Assembly (NCBI RefSeq): GCF_018350175.1
Contig: NC_058369.1
Span: 134,168,001 to 134,232,000 of the forward strand
DNA: 64,000 nt
Direction: 5' to 3'
Source: Felis catus
Taxonomy: Eukaryota
Shown here: one piece after another, positions 11,223 to 24,434 of the stretch
How the letters are laid out: every line of letters begins with the position of its first letter
How positions within the stretch are numbered: position 1 is the first letter of the stretch
Notes under the pieces: generated by a model
What the model saw: the letters and a program-made list of their open reading frames with translations, nothing else
Databases searched by the model: none
Told to the model about the DNA's origin: nothing
Translations under genes and position numbers: made by a program

Positions 11223-12284
11223 ATTCAACTTCTCCAAATGCATTAAAATATCTTGCAAGACCAGCTGATATATTTTATATTTAAAGGCTATAATTAAAGA
11301 CACTTAAAATTGATAAATTTATATATAATGGGGGCATCAACTTTCTACATTCCTATCAAATTTATTTGATGTTAGATATTATTTTTATGTTTGATCCATA
11401 AATTACTACCCATATTCTCTTTCTGCCCAGGAAAATATAATTTTTCAAGCTTATTCTCATGGGAACATTTTGAATGGGTTGCTGCTACTTAAAGTGGACA
11501 TAAGCCTTTTAAAACAAGGTAAGAATAGTTCATCTAAAGAGCTATAATCTTGAGATTTCACTATGGAAACTTGTTGTCACCAAGGATTCAAATAACACTT
11601 CTTTAATAATTAAAAAAAAAAAAAACCAAAACTCCTTTAATTTTAAATTTCTAAACCAGAGACTTTACTATCCTACTAGGTTAATACTTTCAGAGGTCAA
11701 TAAACTTTCTTGGAAAAGAGTAAATGGTCAAATTTGTGTCTTAGAAAATTAAGAAAAATATAGGAAGCAGTTTGGACTTCAACCAAGATAACTCTGTAAG
11801 TCCATGCTTTGGTATAACCCCATGGTTCCAACTACATACTGATGACATACAAAGTTAAAAAAAAAAGTATAAAGATGAAAACTGACACACAAATAAGAAA
11901 CAAGATAATCTTCACCATAGACTACACAAACAAAGTAAAGTGTAGGCAGAAACAATTAGCCTGCTAAAGGCAAGGTACGGAAAAAGCAGACGTAGCTGGG
12001 ATTCAGCTCATGTAGAGACATGACATTAAACTGCTTCATGTTTGGTAGGAGGATTCCTTGAATTCAGAGGATCTTTTATATATTCCAAGATGCTGACGAT
12101 ACAGGGAATGCTTCAAGCCTAGAGAACCAGGTAAAATTACAAACAGCATCAGAGGAAACAGGAAAAAATTTGTTTGGGAATTGGTATCCAAAAGCTCCAA
12201 CAGTGCCTTGATGCAGAAGATGTTTCAGGATTTGGTTATAGATTTTAACTACAGTAAATGAAAAAACATTAGACAGGGATAACT

Positions 12285-12440
12285 AGAAGAGAAAGAGTGA
12301 AAGTGAAAGCAAGGATGGGATGGGGGGCATAAAGAAGAAGAGGGAGGAGGGGGGACAGGAGGAAGAGGGAGGGGAAGAAGGAGAGAAGTAGTATAAGAGG
12401 AAGACAAGAAAGGACAAAGAGAGAAAGGGAGAGATATGGT
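12285..12440. repeat. GA-rich low-complexity tract
   Basis: Purine-rich run agggaggagggggacaggaggaagagg... Confidence 0.7.
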
Positions 12441-12533
12441 AGAAAATCATTAAAAAAATTGTCTAAAATATACAACCAGAAGTCAATCTCAAATGAGATT
12501 AAAGTAGTAGAAGAGTAGGAAAAGCATGTTTAA

Positions 12534-12750
12534 TTTTTTTAAATGTTTATTTATTTTTGTGAGAGAGATAGAGAGACAGAGTGCGAGCAGGGGAGGGGCA
12601 GAGAGAGGGAGGGAGGCACAGAATCTGAAGCAAGTTCCAGACTCTGAGCTGTCAGCACAGAGCCTGACACGGGGTTTGAACTTGTGAACCATGAAAGCAT
12701 GACCTGAGCCGATGTTGGACACTTAACCAACTGAGCCACCCAGGCACCCC
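12534..12750 (-). mobile_element. Can-SINE (SINEC_Fc-like)
   Basis: TSD a(g/a)gaaaagcatgtttaa at 12517-12533 and 12751-12767. Confidence 0.95.
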
Positions 12751-12769
12751 AAGAAAAGCATGTTTAAAA

Positions 12770-14045
12770 AAATAAGCTTAGGATGCTAAAAATCCTCATT
12801 AGCATCAATACAAAAATAATTAGCATGAGGATACGAAAAGGACAAATTCTAAATTCTAGATGAAAAATAGCTATTAAAAAGCAAAGGTCTATACCTAGAA
12901 TAAACTCCAGATTGAACAAAGAGAAATAAAGAGGTGAAACAAAAGATTTCTGAGAGATTAACTCAGAATATATAGCATCTAGAGAAAAAGAGGAAAAGGT
13001 AATTTTTTTAGAAAAAGGAGAATAAAGAAGGATAGATAGATCCAGAGCCTCCAATAAACAACTAATACAGATTCCAGACTTATAAAGCGGGGCTGGATTG
13101 ATGGCATCCCCAGAGGGTCCACAAAAGCAAGTTCCCCCGTTTGTGGACAAACCCATCTCAATCTCCATTCTCACGGAGCTACCACAGATAAAGTCAAGAA
13201 AAATAAGGTCACAGTCAAAATCTACAAAACAAACAAGGAAATAAGATACCATGAGCATGAGATAGCAGAAACAGAAGAAAATAAATAAAATTCTAATTCT
13301 TCAGCTGTAGGAGTGACTGGGAAACAGAGTACAAGCATGTGTAATATGCTTAAATATATAAAAGGCATTAGAAATACGAACAAAGCTCAAGGACAAGAAA
13401 ATTATCTGACAGAAAAACAAACAGAACTTCTAAAGAGGAAAAATATAATTATTTAAACGAAAAAAATAATGGGCATGACTAACAGCAATTTAGGCCTAGA
13501 TAGATAAAAAGAAAATTAGTGAATTGAAGATACAGATGAAGAAATTGCCCAGAATATGGCACAGATAGACAGATGAAAAAAATGTTAAGGAATGGTAAAG
13601 AGACACAAAGGATGAAGTGAGAAATAGGTATGTATTTATTTACACACATATACACATACACCATATGTATATGTATACATATATACCATATGTAGGTACC
13701 AATTTAGAAATGCAGATAGCCCAACAAATTCCAAGGAGAGTAAATTGGAAAAAAAATACAAATTATAATTCATAATAGTGAAATGGCAGAAACTAATGAC
13801 ATAAAGAAAATCACCTAGGGAGAAAAGACAGATTACTTCCAAAGGAATGACAAACAAAACCATAGAGAACAGTTTATATTAAAGTCTTGGGAAAACATAT
13901 GCCAGACAAACACTAACCAAACAAATTGTTTGAATAATTTTAATATCAGACAAAACAATTTAAGGAAAAAGATGATATACAATGTCAACACATAATAATA
14001 GTTTTTAAAAATTCACCAGGAAGTTATAAAAATCTCAAAACTATA
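12770..14045 (+). mobile_element. Ancient L1M ORF1 fragments and start of ORF2
   Basis: ORF1-like aaattagtgaattgaagatacagatgaagaaattgcccagaat. EN-like acaaacactaaccaa...ttttaatatcagacaaaac (ANTNQ...ILISDK). Confidence 0.65.
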
Positions 14046-14701
14046 GAACACACAAAGGGGATTTGAGAATGGACTGGGAGAGGAAAATATTGCAGTGTGA
14101 AGTTTGGTGAGGAAGATAAGGAAAGATTGTCAGGTAGATGTGGTATTAGGGAATTCAGTAGAGAGTAACTAGGTATTAGGGTCTTCAAGAGAGTAATATT
14201 TGCAAGCTGATTGAAGAGTGAACCAAACTGCTGTACAAGGTAAAATGGTGAGGTAAGAAAATGGAAACTTTAGAACTGTGTCTAGGACATGAAATGGAGA
14301 GCTATTACAGAAGCTGGAAGGATACATGAGGCCAAGAAATTTATTATTATTATTTTTTAACTTGGACATATTTTGGACAAAAGCTTAGATTTTGTGATTT
14401 TTGTTTGGCAATATGTAACATTAAAATGATACTTTTCTTCCTTTTTCCTTCTCTACACAAATGAAGGAATCAGAAAAAAGAAACTCTTTAGGGTCAGGCC
14501 TTGGGTCATGTGCTGTTTTGTTAGTGTGGATGCAAGGAAAAATGTCAACAAGATGTTGGAGAACCACACCCACATGCATGACCTCTTACTGTCCTGTGAT
14601 GCTACCTGGCAAAATCGCTCCATCAGTATCCTAGATACTGAGCAACCAGACAAGCAACTTCTCTTTCAAGGGAACAGATGGCAAAGAAGTAAGCAAGAGG
14701 T

Positions 14702-15079
14702 TGTTATGGGCTAATTGTGTACTTTTAAAATTCATACGTTGAACTCCTAAACCCCAGTATCTCAGAATGTGACTGTATTTAGAGAGAGAGTCTTCAAAGA
14801 GGTGAGTTAAAATGAGATCATCAGTATGGGACCAAATCCAATATGGCTGGTGTTTTTATAAGAAGAGTTTAGGAGAACACCCTACACAAAGGGAAGACCA
14901 TGTTGAGGACACAGGGTGATGTTAATCTGTAAGGCAGGGACAGAAGCCGCAGAAGAAACCAATTCTGATGACAACTTACCTCAGATTTCTAACCTCTAGA
15001 ACTGTGAGAAAAAGATTTCTGTTGTCTAAGCTACCCAAGCTATGGTATTTTGTTTTGACAGCTCTAGCAAACTAATACA
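14702..15079 (+). mobile_element. MaLR solo LTR (MLT1A/B-like)
   Basis: tgttatgggct...aaactaataca termini. 5-bp TSD gaggt (14697-14701) / gaagt (15080-15084). Confidence 0.9.
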
Positions 15080-15945
15080 GAAGTATACGATGAAAGCATG
15101 GAATCCTGAACTCCTGCCCTCCTTGAATTCCCAAACCTTTTTATTTTTATTTTTAAAATTTAAGATGTGATAGGACAGTAAAGCCAAGCCCATGGTCAGG
15201 CCAGATATCAGAATCAGAAATTTAGATCATTAGATCAGAGAGATTGATCTTGAGAGTCCTAGAAAGAAGTAAACGTAGAGTCACACCTTCTACATTACTG
15301 AAGGAGATTGTCCCTTGCTCTATTTCTTAGTCTTGAGTTGTATTCAGAAATGTGCACCCAGTGCATTAGGAATGGAGTTTGGTATGCCCAGGTCATAATG
15401 TTGCCCAAATAATAACACTAACCATTTTTAAATTCTCAGGTTGAATAATAACGTCCCTGTTCCATTTTTAAGAACTCATAGATAATAACTGAAGCTCTCA
15501 AAGAAATTTAAGTCCACACAGTATAAATCTTCCCTCCTAGTTGTCACAGAGAAGTATAAGATATTATATAAGTAAAAGCAATTAGAAAAGTAAAGTAAAA
15601 ATCTTAAAAGCTGTTTATTTGGTCAGAAACATTAAAGTCTAAAAATATAAATTTATCTTCTATACAAGCTTTGTGAGATTTCTACTAATTTCGGGTGTAC
15701 TTGAGGATAGCTTTCATAATTAAGATAAATGAAAATGGAGGTTTTTAGATGCTTACTAAACTGTCCTAGGCTTTGGAATTAATCCCAATATGTTTGAATC
15801 ATGAACATGTAAGTTATCAATAGTATAACATTTTGTGAAATACTTTACTTCTATGACTTCTAGTGTTCTCAATGTTAAGAATAATAATGCAAATCATATA
15901 AGATATTATAAAAATCAAATAAGATAGCTTATGAGAAACCATTTT

Positions 15946-16105
15946 TTGTAGAGAGAGAGAGAGAGAGAGAATGAGTAGGAGGGGCAGATAAGAATGGAGA
16001 CACAGAATCTGAAGCAGAGCCTGACGCAGAGCTCAACCTCATGAGCCAGGAGATCATGACCTGAGCCGAAGTTGGACTCAACCAACTGAGCCACCCAGAC
16101 ACCCC
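15946..16105 (-). mobile_element. Can-SINE with very short tail and internal deletion
   Basis: SINE head at 16105. TSD agaaaccatttt at 15934-15945 and 16107-16118. Confidence 0.9.
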
Positions 16106-17395
16106 AAGAAACCATTTTGTTAACCATAAGACATGCAATTAGGAATATTATCCTTGCTATTATTTTTTAATTTACTTTTGAGTAAGCAACAAAGTGGCCT
16201 TGAGGAATTTTCTCTCTGAAATTATTTGACAAAACATCTCTTTGCCATCGAGAATCTAGTTTCATCTAGAATCTTATAGGTTGGTCACTGTTACAACCTT
16301 GCCGTATTATGTTCTAAATACACTTTATACAAAAATATCATGAAACCTAATGTTCTTTATTTAAAACACCTCAGGCTGTCTGTGTTTTACTTCTCACTGT
16401 GCATTTTTTAAATAAGTAAATAGGAAGCAATGGGCATTTTTCACTTGCTGCCACAGGAATTGTACTGTAGGGGTAGATGCTTATCATACTCATGCCTGAC
16501 AGACCAATTCTAGGGAGCTCTGAAGATCCGCCTCCCTCTCAAGGTGTGTCTGATTAAACATCCCAATAGGTTAATAGAACACAAAATGTCCATTTTTAAA
16601 AAGAAAAAGAAAAAACTGTTCACCCAATTTATCTTTGAACACAAGAATAATAGTATATTATAAATTGTAATTAAAGTGGGGGATTTTAAAGTTGAAGCTC
16701 CAAGTATCCCCACCAAAATTCAAAGCCTCTTGCCATTTTGGTGTTAAGTAGGTATGATGTACTACTTCTCTGGAAATTAATGATCTAGATTTTCTACCCT
16801 TTAATATTTATGATGCTATATAAAGGCTGTATGTACTTGACATTTCCAGAGCCAATTTTTACAAATGGTCTTAACCTAGCCTCTAAATTTGCAAACACAA
16901 ATTATTTAGGCAAATATTTCTGGTAGTTAGATAAAAATGCAAATGTATATCATTTGATGCACGCAATTTTAGAGGAAATGCGGCAGGAAGGTGGAGTAGC
17001 CCCGCCCAAAAAAAATCCTTGAAAACTTGGATGTTTAGTCATATCCACAAACTTTTGATCTAAGAAGGGAAAAAGCAGGATAGAATTTAGAAATAGTTTA
17101 TAGTATACATCAGATGGCTTCAAATCTTCACTCAAGTCATTGTTATTTGCAATTTGTTTCACAAAAGAAGGAAGGTGTCATTTTCCATTTTATTCCTGTG
17201 GATTTGATTTTCTTATCTTCCACATAATAGATAATACAGTCAAATACCAAAACTAAAGAAGAGATTTACAGGGATCAGATAAGTAGAAGAGGATACTCTC
17301 TTCCTCTTAGATGCTCAAATGGAGAGCTCAGGGGAATACTTGCTCTATGACCACTGGTCACGGTTCTATTCATTTCTTTCAAAGCACCCATTTCA

Positions 17396-17607
17396 GGGCG
17401 CCTGGGTGGCTTAGTCAGCTGGGCATCTGACTTTGGCTCAGGTCATGATCTCACAGTTTGTGGGTTTGAGCCTCACATCGGGCTCTGTGCTGACAGCTCA
17501 GAGCCTGGAACCTGCTTCGGATTCTGTCTCCCTCTCCCTGCCCCTCCCTGGCTCGCACTCTTTCTCTCTCTCTCAAAAATTAATAAACGTTAAAAGAAAA
17601 AATTTAA
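17396..17607 (+). mobile_element. Can-SINE (SINEC_Fc-like)
   Basis: TSD ttcaa(a/t)gcacccatttca at 17378-17395 and 17608-17625. Confidence 0.95.
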
Positions 17608-18255
17608 TTCAATGCACCCATTTCAACATTGGCTTAATATAGTCGCCAGGCTTCTTTCCAAATTTTAGTAGTAAAATCAATATAAAGTGGAATTTTCCAA
17701 TCTGTTGCAATTTTCCTTTATTTGTGTTTTTAAAAAATCTTTTCTGAAGCTCCACAAGTGGCCTACCCAAAGTATAAGTGCCTGATTGATTGACAGATTA
17801 TTTTACAACTAGTACTTATTATTCCTTTTCATTAAGAGTGGAGTGGCTTTTAGAGTAAAAACAATAGGGTGAAGAAAAGGTCTTTGACTCACTTATATCA
17901 AACAGAAAATGGGAGATAAAAAAGTTAAAAAGTCAGTGATTTTGACAGTGTGTGCATTTCCTGCATCATATTAATTGGCAGTCATAAATTGTAACAAGTG
18001 GACATACAATGTAAAAGGGAAAGATGTATTGAGGGATTTTAAAGGTATTATGCAGTAGGTGATAATCTTTTCTTAGTTCTTATATAAGTGAGTTTTTAAA
18101 TAGAAAACTCAAATAAATAGTATGTGGGGATTGTGACTCCAGTGTATATTTTATGAGGCTGCGGGAATTAGTTCATATGTAAAGGACAGGTGTTACTTTC
18201 TGCTTCATGGTTTTTAATGTTTTTTAAATTTTTCCTTTAAGAATGGTTGGATATC

Positions 18256-18429
18256 AGGGCACCTGGGTGAATCAGTCAGTTAAGCATCTGACTCTTGATT
18301 TCACCTCAGGTCATGATCTCACAGTTCATGAGATCCAGCCCCACATCAGGCTCTGTGATGACAGTGTGGAGCCTGCTTGGGACTCTCTCTCTCTTCCTCT
18401 CTCTCTGCTCCTCCCCTCCTTGCATGTGT

Positions 18430-18467
<38 letters not shown>

Positions 18468-18503
18468 AATAAATGAATAAACTTTAAAATATAAATTTAA
18501 AAA
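18256..18503 (+). mobile_element. Can-SINE (Fc2-like, older) with (CT)n
   Basis: TSD aagaatggttggatat at 18239-18254 and 18504-18519. Confidence 0.95.
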
Positions 18504-20319
18504 AAGAATGGTTGGATATTTTTTAAAACTTGAGAAAAATTTGGGGGGCTGTATTCAAAAGTTTATTGATATCCTTTTTCATATAATTATAGTCTACATA
18601 TGGCTTTCCTAGATTACATTCTGTTTTATTTACTGTAATAGTAAATTCCTTATTTTAATCCCCATAGAGCATGTAAACCTATCAGAGGCATTGTGTTATT
18701 ATTGGGTTAACTTTAAACAATTACAGGGTTTCTAAGAAGACAGAAACTCTGTATAACCTTTAATGAAAATAAGACAAAAATTTAACAACTTTGAGCAAGA
18801 TAAGCTTCTTGGTTAAACATATTTTTCAAAAATCAATTCTTTGAGAAATTTTTGATTGCCTCATATGGATAGCCACCCAGAACTAAACAATCAGATATAA
18901 TCTGGGCCATTGATTTATAATGCTTCGTGTATTTAGGATACTAATCAGAAGTTTGCCAGTCAGCAATGTATGAAATGTTAAGAGAGATGAACAAATTAAA
19001 TAAATTACCCTATTTGCAGATCATATGTATTTCTTGGACATGCATCACCAAATGGTGACTACTCCAACAATGTTATTCAGGTGGGAAGGCCTATTTTCTT
19101 TCCATATACCTTTGCATGAACGATCACTTCTAATATGGTGATGGCTAGAGAAAAGTTTAACACCATTGCTTCCCAATACACTCTAGTCTTGTCAATGGCT
19201 TATGAGAAATTCCTTGGGCAAGTGGGATAGCTGATCATAACAAGTCGTGCCTAAATTCTGTATCACCACATATGGCAAGCTCTCCACAAGCATAAAATAA
19301 CATCCATGAGCAAATTAAGCCAATAGGTAAGAATAGCAAGTCAATAACTGCAGCTGAGTAGTATTTATTTTTTAGTTGTTCAAAGAGTCACTTTCAAGCT
19401 CATACTGTGAATGTCTTTAAAATGCTTGGGGGGGGGCGAGATTTGTGATTCATTTTAGCCTGGGGAGACTGATTTAGAGCTCCCGATTTAGGTGATACTG
19501 CTGAGCTCTTAAAATTGACTGAGAGAAGTTGAATATTTGGCCTAGAAACAGAAGCATGTTATATAAAGAAAGGCCATAGCACTGAGGTAGTGTTGCAGAG
19601 GGCAAACCAAAATGAGTCTGCATTTGAGGAATTCAGCACACTTGGGAGGAAAGAACCAAGTAAATTATGCTCTTGAACCAAACCCAAGTTGATGAATAGG
19701 AGTGGTTGATAAACAAAATTGGGGGCTAAAAATCATATTAGTCTATTAATAAGGGAGGGAGTAAATATGATTGGTCTTGGGATATAGTTGTGTAAAAGTA
19801 TGATTCTATGCTTGATTTATAAACAGAATCCATTCAGAGTAGGCAATTCCTGCCTGCTCCCTGGCTGCCACTCATCCTTTGCTCAGTGTCTGCCCTGCCA
19901 ACCAACGCTTTCTGGGCATTGACCTATCTTGGATCCCAGTCACCTTACAACATGCGTTCCTTGTTCTCTCCACGTTTGTATTTGTCTCTGATGCCTCCTA
20001 TTCTCCCATGCGTATCCCTCCTTTTCCTTCCAAGGCATCTTTTCTGTCCGTATTCCTTTTTATATTTTCCTTATCAACAGCTGCATTCAGCCCTTATTCT
20101 TCCTTTTCTGATGACCATTTCACTGAGTGTTTATTTCTTTGGTTTGACAAATCATTCTATTAAAATTGGGTAGGGTGGGCACACATCCAGTTTTCAGGGA
20201 AATTTTTTCCAATAATTTTGCACACTATTCCAAGATAGTCTCTTCCAAGGGTTACATTTCCCCTTTTCTTGATTTTGCATAACTAGGATGAAATGGATAA
20301 AAAGAAATAAAAGGAGGTT

Positions 20320-20518
20320 GGGGCACCTAGGTGGCTCAGTTGGTTGGGCATCTGACTTCAGCTCATGTCATGATCTCACAGCTCATGAGTTTGAGCCCCA
20401 CGTGGGGCTCTGCACTGACAGCCTGGAGCATGGAGCCTGCTTTGCATTCTGTGTCTACTTCTCTCTCTACAGCTCCCCACTCATGCTCTCTCTCTCCTTC
20501 AAAAATAAATAAACACTT

Positions 20519-20573
<55 letters not shown>

Positions 20574-20574
20574 G
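20320..20574 (+). mobile_element. Can-SINE with tail expanded into (GAAA)n
   Basis: TSD aaaaggaggt at 20309-20318 and 20575-20584. About 13 GAAA units at 20520-20572. Confidence 0.95.
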
Positions 20575-20586
20575 AAAAGGAGGTAA

Positions 20587-21096
20587 TGTGACAGGACAGA
20601 TGACCCATTCCAAACTCAGGTTTGGCTGCTCCCAATTTGAAAACCAACATGTGAGAGGTAAGTGTTGGTGGGAAAGGTGGTTGGGAGGAAAGACCAGGCA
20701 ACTTGGGAAGATGGCTGACTTAATGTCTCAAAGACCATCTCCACATCCAGGCAGAGTAGGAAGTTGTTAAAGGTGAAGGCGCAGGAAATGGTGAGGGGGC
20801 TAAGTCCAAAAGAATCTGGTGCTCAGCAATAATTTGTCCTTTCAAGGCTTCCACATTCCCCTGTTCTGCCAACAATCAAGGGTCTCTTAGTAAAGGATAC
20901 CATGGTCAATGACAGCTGTTACCAAGTGCGATCAGACCTTATGTTCCAGGAAAGTCTGGTTCTTTGTTCCTCAAGGCCAGTGTCCTGCAAAATCTTAAGG
21001 GGAATCCATAAACAACGAGGTTTGGGACAGAAAGCAAGGAGTGTATAAGCTAGAAGCAAGTTAGCCCTTAAAAGAGTGGGGTGGAATGCAGTTATA
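20587..21096 (-). mobile_element. Solo LTR (ERV1-like)
   Basis: tgtgac...gttata termini with exact 4-bp TSD gtaa (20583-20586 and 21097-21100). Internal ccaaactcaggtttggctgctc...aagtgttggtgggaaagg resembles laurasiatherian ERV1 LTRs. Confidence 0.7.
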
Positions 21097-21100
21097 GTAA

Positions 21101-21630
21101 AAAATAGAATAACTTGAGGTGCCATTCATTGCTGATGGTACACTTTGTGAAATGATACTACAGCTTTGGAAAACTGCTCAAGAGGTTTTAATAAAGTTCA
21201 ATTGGTGCCCACTCTATGACATAGCAATTCCATTGCTAGGTATTTTTACCAAAGGAATGAGTGTTTATGTCTCCAAAAGTGATTTGTATAATAATATTCA
21301 TAAATGCTCTATCCATCATAAACAAGAGACTGGCAACAATCTGAATGTCTACCAATAGGAGAATGAATAAACAAATCACAGATACACACAACAATATGGA
21401 TGGATCTCAAAATAATTGTGCTATATTAAGTGAAAGAAGCCAGACATGAATGAAGTATATTTTCATGAAGTGTACTTCATTTGTATGAAGTTCAGAAACA
21501 GACACAAAGTAATCAGTGGTGATAGAAATCAGGATAGAGAGTACTCTTGGATGTGGGTTATTATCTAGCAAGGAATATGAAGAAATTTTCTGGGCAATGA
21601 AAATATACTAGTTTGCTTTAAGTGATGGAT
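21101..21630 (+). mobile_element. Ancient L1M(B/E) ORF2 end and 3'UTR
   Basis: ctatgacatagcaattccattgctaggtattt, atatggatggatctcaaaat, aagtgaaagaagccagaca. Confidence 0.8.
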
Positions 21631-21632
21631 AA

Positions 21633-21750
21633 TTGAGCCATACATTGGGCTCTATGCTGACAGCACAGATTCTCTCTCTCTCTCTCTTTCTCTCTGCCCT
21701 TCCCCCTCTCAAAAATCAATAAATAAACTTTTAAACAATAAAAAGAAAAA
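21633..21750 (+). mobile_element. 5'-truncated Can-SINE
   Basis: ttgagccatacattgggctctatgctgacagc, (CT)n and A tail. Confidence 0.85.
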
Positions 21751-21769
21751 GGGAATGAGTAATAGAGAA

Positions 21770-21975
21770 GATATGGTGAAAAGAGCACAGGTTTGGAAAT
21801 AAAACTTCTAGATTCAGAATCTTAGATCTTGCTTAATAACTCCATAATTTTGAGCAATTTATTTAATCTCTTTCAGCCTCCATTTCCTAATCTGGAAACT
21901 AAGGAAATATCACCTACCTCATAGGTATATTATCCATATTAAATTATTTAATGGTAGCTAATCAATAAATATTAA
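21770..21975 (+). mobile_element. MIR SINE
   Basis: Core ttttgagcaatttatttaatctctttcagcctccatttcctaatctggaaa...cctacctcatagg. Confidence 0.75.
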
Positions 21976-22719
21976 TTCCTTTCATGTCCCCTTGTTCCCT
22001 GCTTTGACTAATTATTACCAGCATTATTCCTAGACAGTATTCTTTCTACTATGCTACCAAATAGATTTGTACGCTATTAAAGTTTGAGGAGCACTTTTCT
22101 AGAAGATTCTCAGTGTATATCAGCATATGCAAAGCTTGATAAATTATGCATTAAATACATCTATTTAGCACTGCTTGAAGCTACATCTTCCAATCTTATT
22201 AGATAAAAGAACTTCTCCCCAAAATGTGTGTTTTGGGGGAAGGCAAGACATAATTATTATGTTACTGCAAGCCTTTGTTTAAAGAAAACACCTTGAGAAA
22301 CATAACTAGCAAATCTCCCCATTTCTGAATAAAATTTTTGGGTATCCCCTGGCACATTCCAGAAATTTTAAGTTCAGGATAAGTCTTCAGGATATGACTA
22401 CAGCTCTTAAAACCAATTAATTTGATGGGTTGACCCAATTAATACATATGTGTTTGGACAAATAACCCAAATAACTAATTCTCAAATGTGAGTGAAGGGC
22501 GTATTAGAAGCACATGGTGAGTTTTATAAAAATACACATTGATTTGTCATTCATATTCTTTGGAGAAACAAGAATGGAAATACAAACTATAGGGACTTTC
22601 AGAAATACAGTCCCTGGCCCCCACTTCACATTCTGAAAGATATCTTCTGTGCATTCTGAAAAATATATTCTACTGATTACAATATCCACTCCCACCAAGG
22701 TGAAAACTCTTGGTTTAAG

Positions 22720-23103
22720 TATATGCTTCTCAGCTCAGATAGCGTGTTAGCATCATTCAGGCTTAAAACACCAATTTCCCGGCACGTGGGTGGCTCAGTC
22801 AGTTAAGGGTCTGACTCTTGATTTCAGCTCAGGTCATGATCTCATGGTTTATGAGATCAAGACCTGTGTTGGAGTCTGTGCTGACAGTGAGGAGCCTGCC
22901 TGGGATTCTCTCCCTCTCCCTCTCTCTCTACCCCTCTCCTGTTCATGCACTCTCTCTCAGAATAAATAAATAAACTTAAAAAAATTCCAAGGCCCGCCTC
23001 TGCAGGCTGATTTAATGGGCCTGGAGTTAGACTTCGGCATTGGCATGTTTTAAAGCTTCCCAGGTGATATTAATGTGCAGCATGAGTTGTGAACTACTGG
23101 TCT
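22720..23103. mobile_element. MER5A-like hAT MITE interrupted by a SINE
   Basis: 3' part tttaaagcttcccaggtgatattaatgtgcagcatgagttgtgaactactgg. Confidence 0.7.
22781..22983 (+). mobile_element. Can-SINE (Fc2-like)
   Basis: gactcttgatttcagctcagg diagnostic, CT tract, A tail. Confidence 0.95.
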
Positions 23104-23945
23104 AAGAGAAATAACGGTGTTCCCTTAACCCTGTTGCTAAAACTACCCATTTTTTGGAAGTACCCATCATTTTTTTCTGGAGTAAAAAATAAAGTCATTT
23201 CAGTGGTGGAGATTAGTCAAAAGAATGTCTCTGCTGAAATTTCTTGCTGAGGGCCTTTGTCTATGGAGTACCAGCGTACATCAAAGTGGTATTTCAGAAA
23301 GTAGAGGCCAGAGAGTTGCTTGAGAATTGCCGCTCTGAGTCATTAAGATAATATGAGGGTCTGGGCAGTTTGCACACTGCCTTCCATCCATATTCATTCA
23401 CAGCTCTAAAACTGGATATTACATACAAGCAATTTGTAGAAAAACCTCTAAAAGGTGTAGAAAAACCTCTAAAAGGTTTTTTTCATTGTCTTTAAAAATA
23501 ATCATTTTATAATTTAACTTCATTTGAACAATTTTTAAGTAAGTGCAGTTATCAGAGAACTAGTTTTTCCCAAGTCACCTAATTCGTACTCAGTAAAGGT
23601 CATAACAAGGCTTTTAAAAATAAGCATTATTCTTTTCTTTGAGAAAGATCCACCATTAACAAAGATGTTTTTAAAGCTTCTGTCATCGAACACCTTTAAG
23701 ACTTCATTTCAATATTTATTATAAATCAAAACTGTTTTTCAATTAAATGTGTAAGTAGTAAATGATAAAAAATTAGGAATGCCTTATCTAAATTATAGCT
23801 TTTTGAGGGCATATTTCTTATTTACTTGGCTGCTTTGTGCATAAATATCCCACTTTTTTTACCACTTGGAAATGAAGGACTATAGGTATAGGCAGAAGGT
23901 TTTTTGGGAAAAGAAATATCTATTTACTTAAAATGTACCAGTACT

Positions 23946-23987
23946 TAAAAAATAAAATAAAATAAAATAAAATAAAATAAAATAAAA
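23946..23987 (+). repeat. (AAAAT)n flanked by a 17-bp TSD
   Basis: taaaatgtaccag(t/g)act at 23929-23945 and 23988-24004. Confidence 0.9.
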
Positions 23988-24178
23988 TAAAATGTACCAG
24001 GACTACCTAATGGGGCAGGGGAAACTTGAATAAACCTCCTGGGAGATGGATTAATGTGATTTTTTTTAAAAACCAGTTTTCCAAACTGTGTGGGAATGAA
24101 CCTAATGGAAATCCGGGCGTTGGTATGATTTGCAAAGAAAAGGTATGTCTTCACCTGGCTCAACTGGATTGTTAAAAG

Positions 24179-24179
<1 letters not shown>

Positions 24180-24216
<37 letters not shown>
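24180..24216. repeat. (CA)18 microsatellite
   Basis: Seen directly in the sequence. Confidence 0.95.
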
Positions 24217-24219
<3 letters not shown>

Positions 24220-24434
24220 CCTCTACTTGTCAAATGATAGATAACAAATGTTTATTGAAATGTGTTAGACAATATTTTTTTAGCAATGGTAAATTTAAAT
24301 TGAGGCAGTCAGTTCTTTTATCAGTCGAAGGCATGATAGTATTGCTATTGATAGAATTTTTCTAGACCTCGCCTTATATAATTTAAAGAGTGCTGGTCAC
24401 CAAACCTTTGCAAGGTTTAATTGCTCTTTGGGGG

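Noticed and set aside
12764-13258. 164-aa hydrophobic minus-strand ORF
   Set aside because: Antisense of A-rich L1 ORF1-derived DNA. The F/L/I bias is compositional.
16950-17085. GC box plus a strong minus-strand acceptor and short ORF
   Set aside because: No matching donor and no recognisable protein similarity. Isolated motifs are expected by chance.
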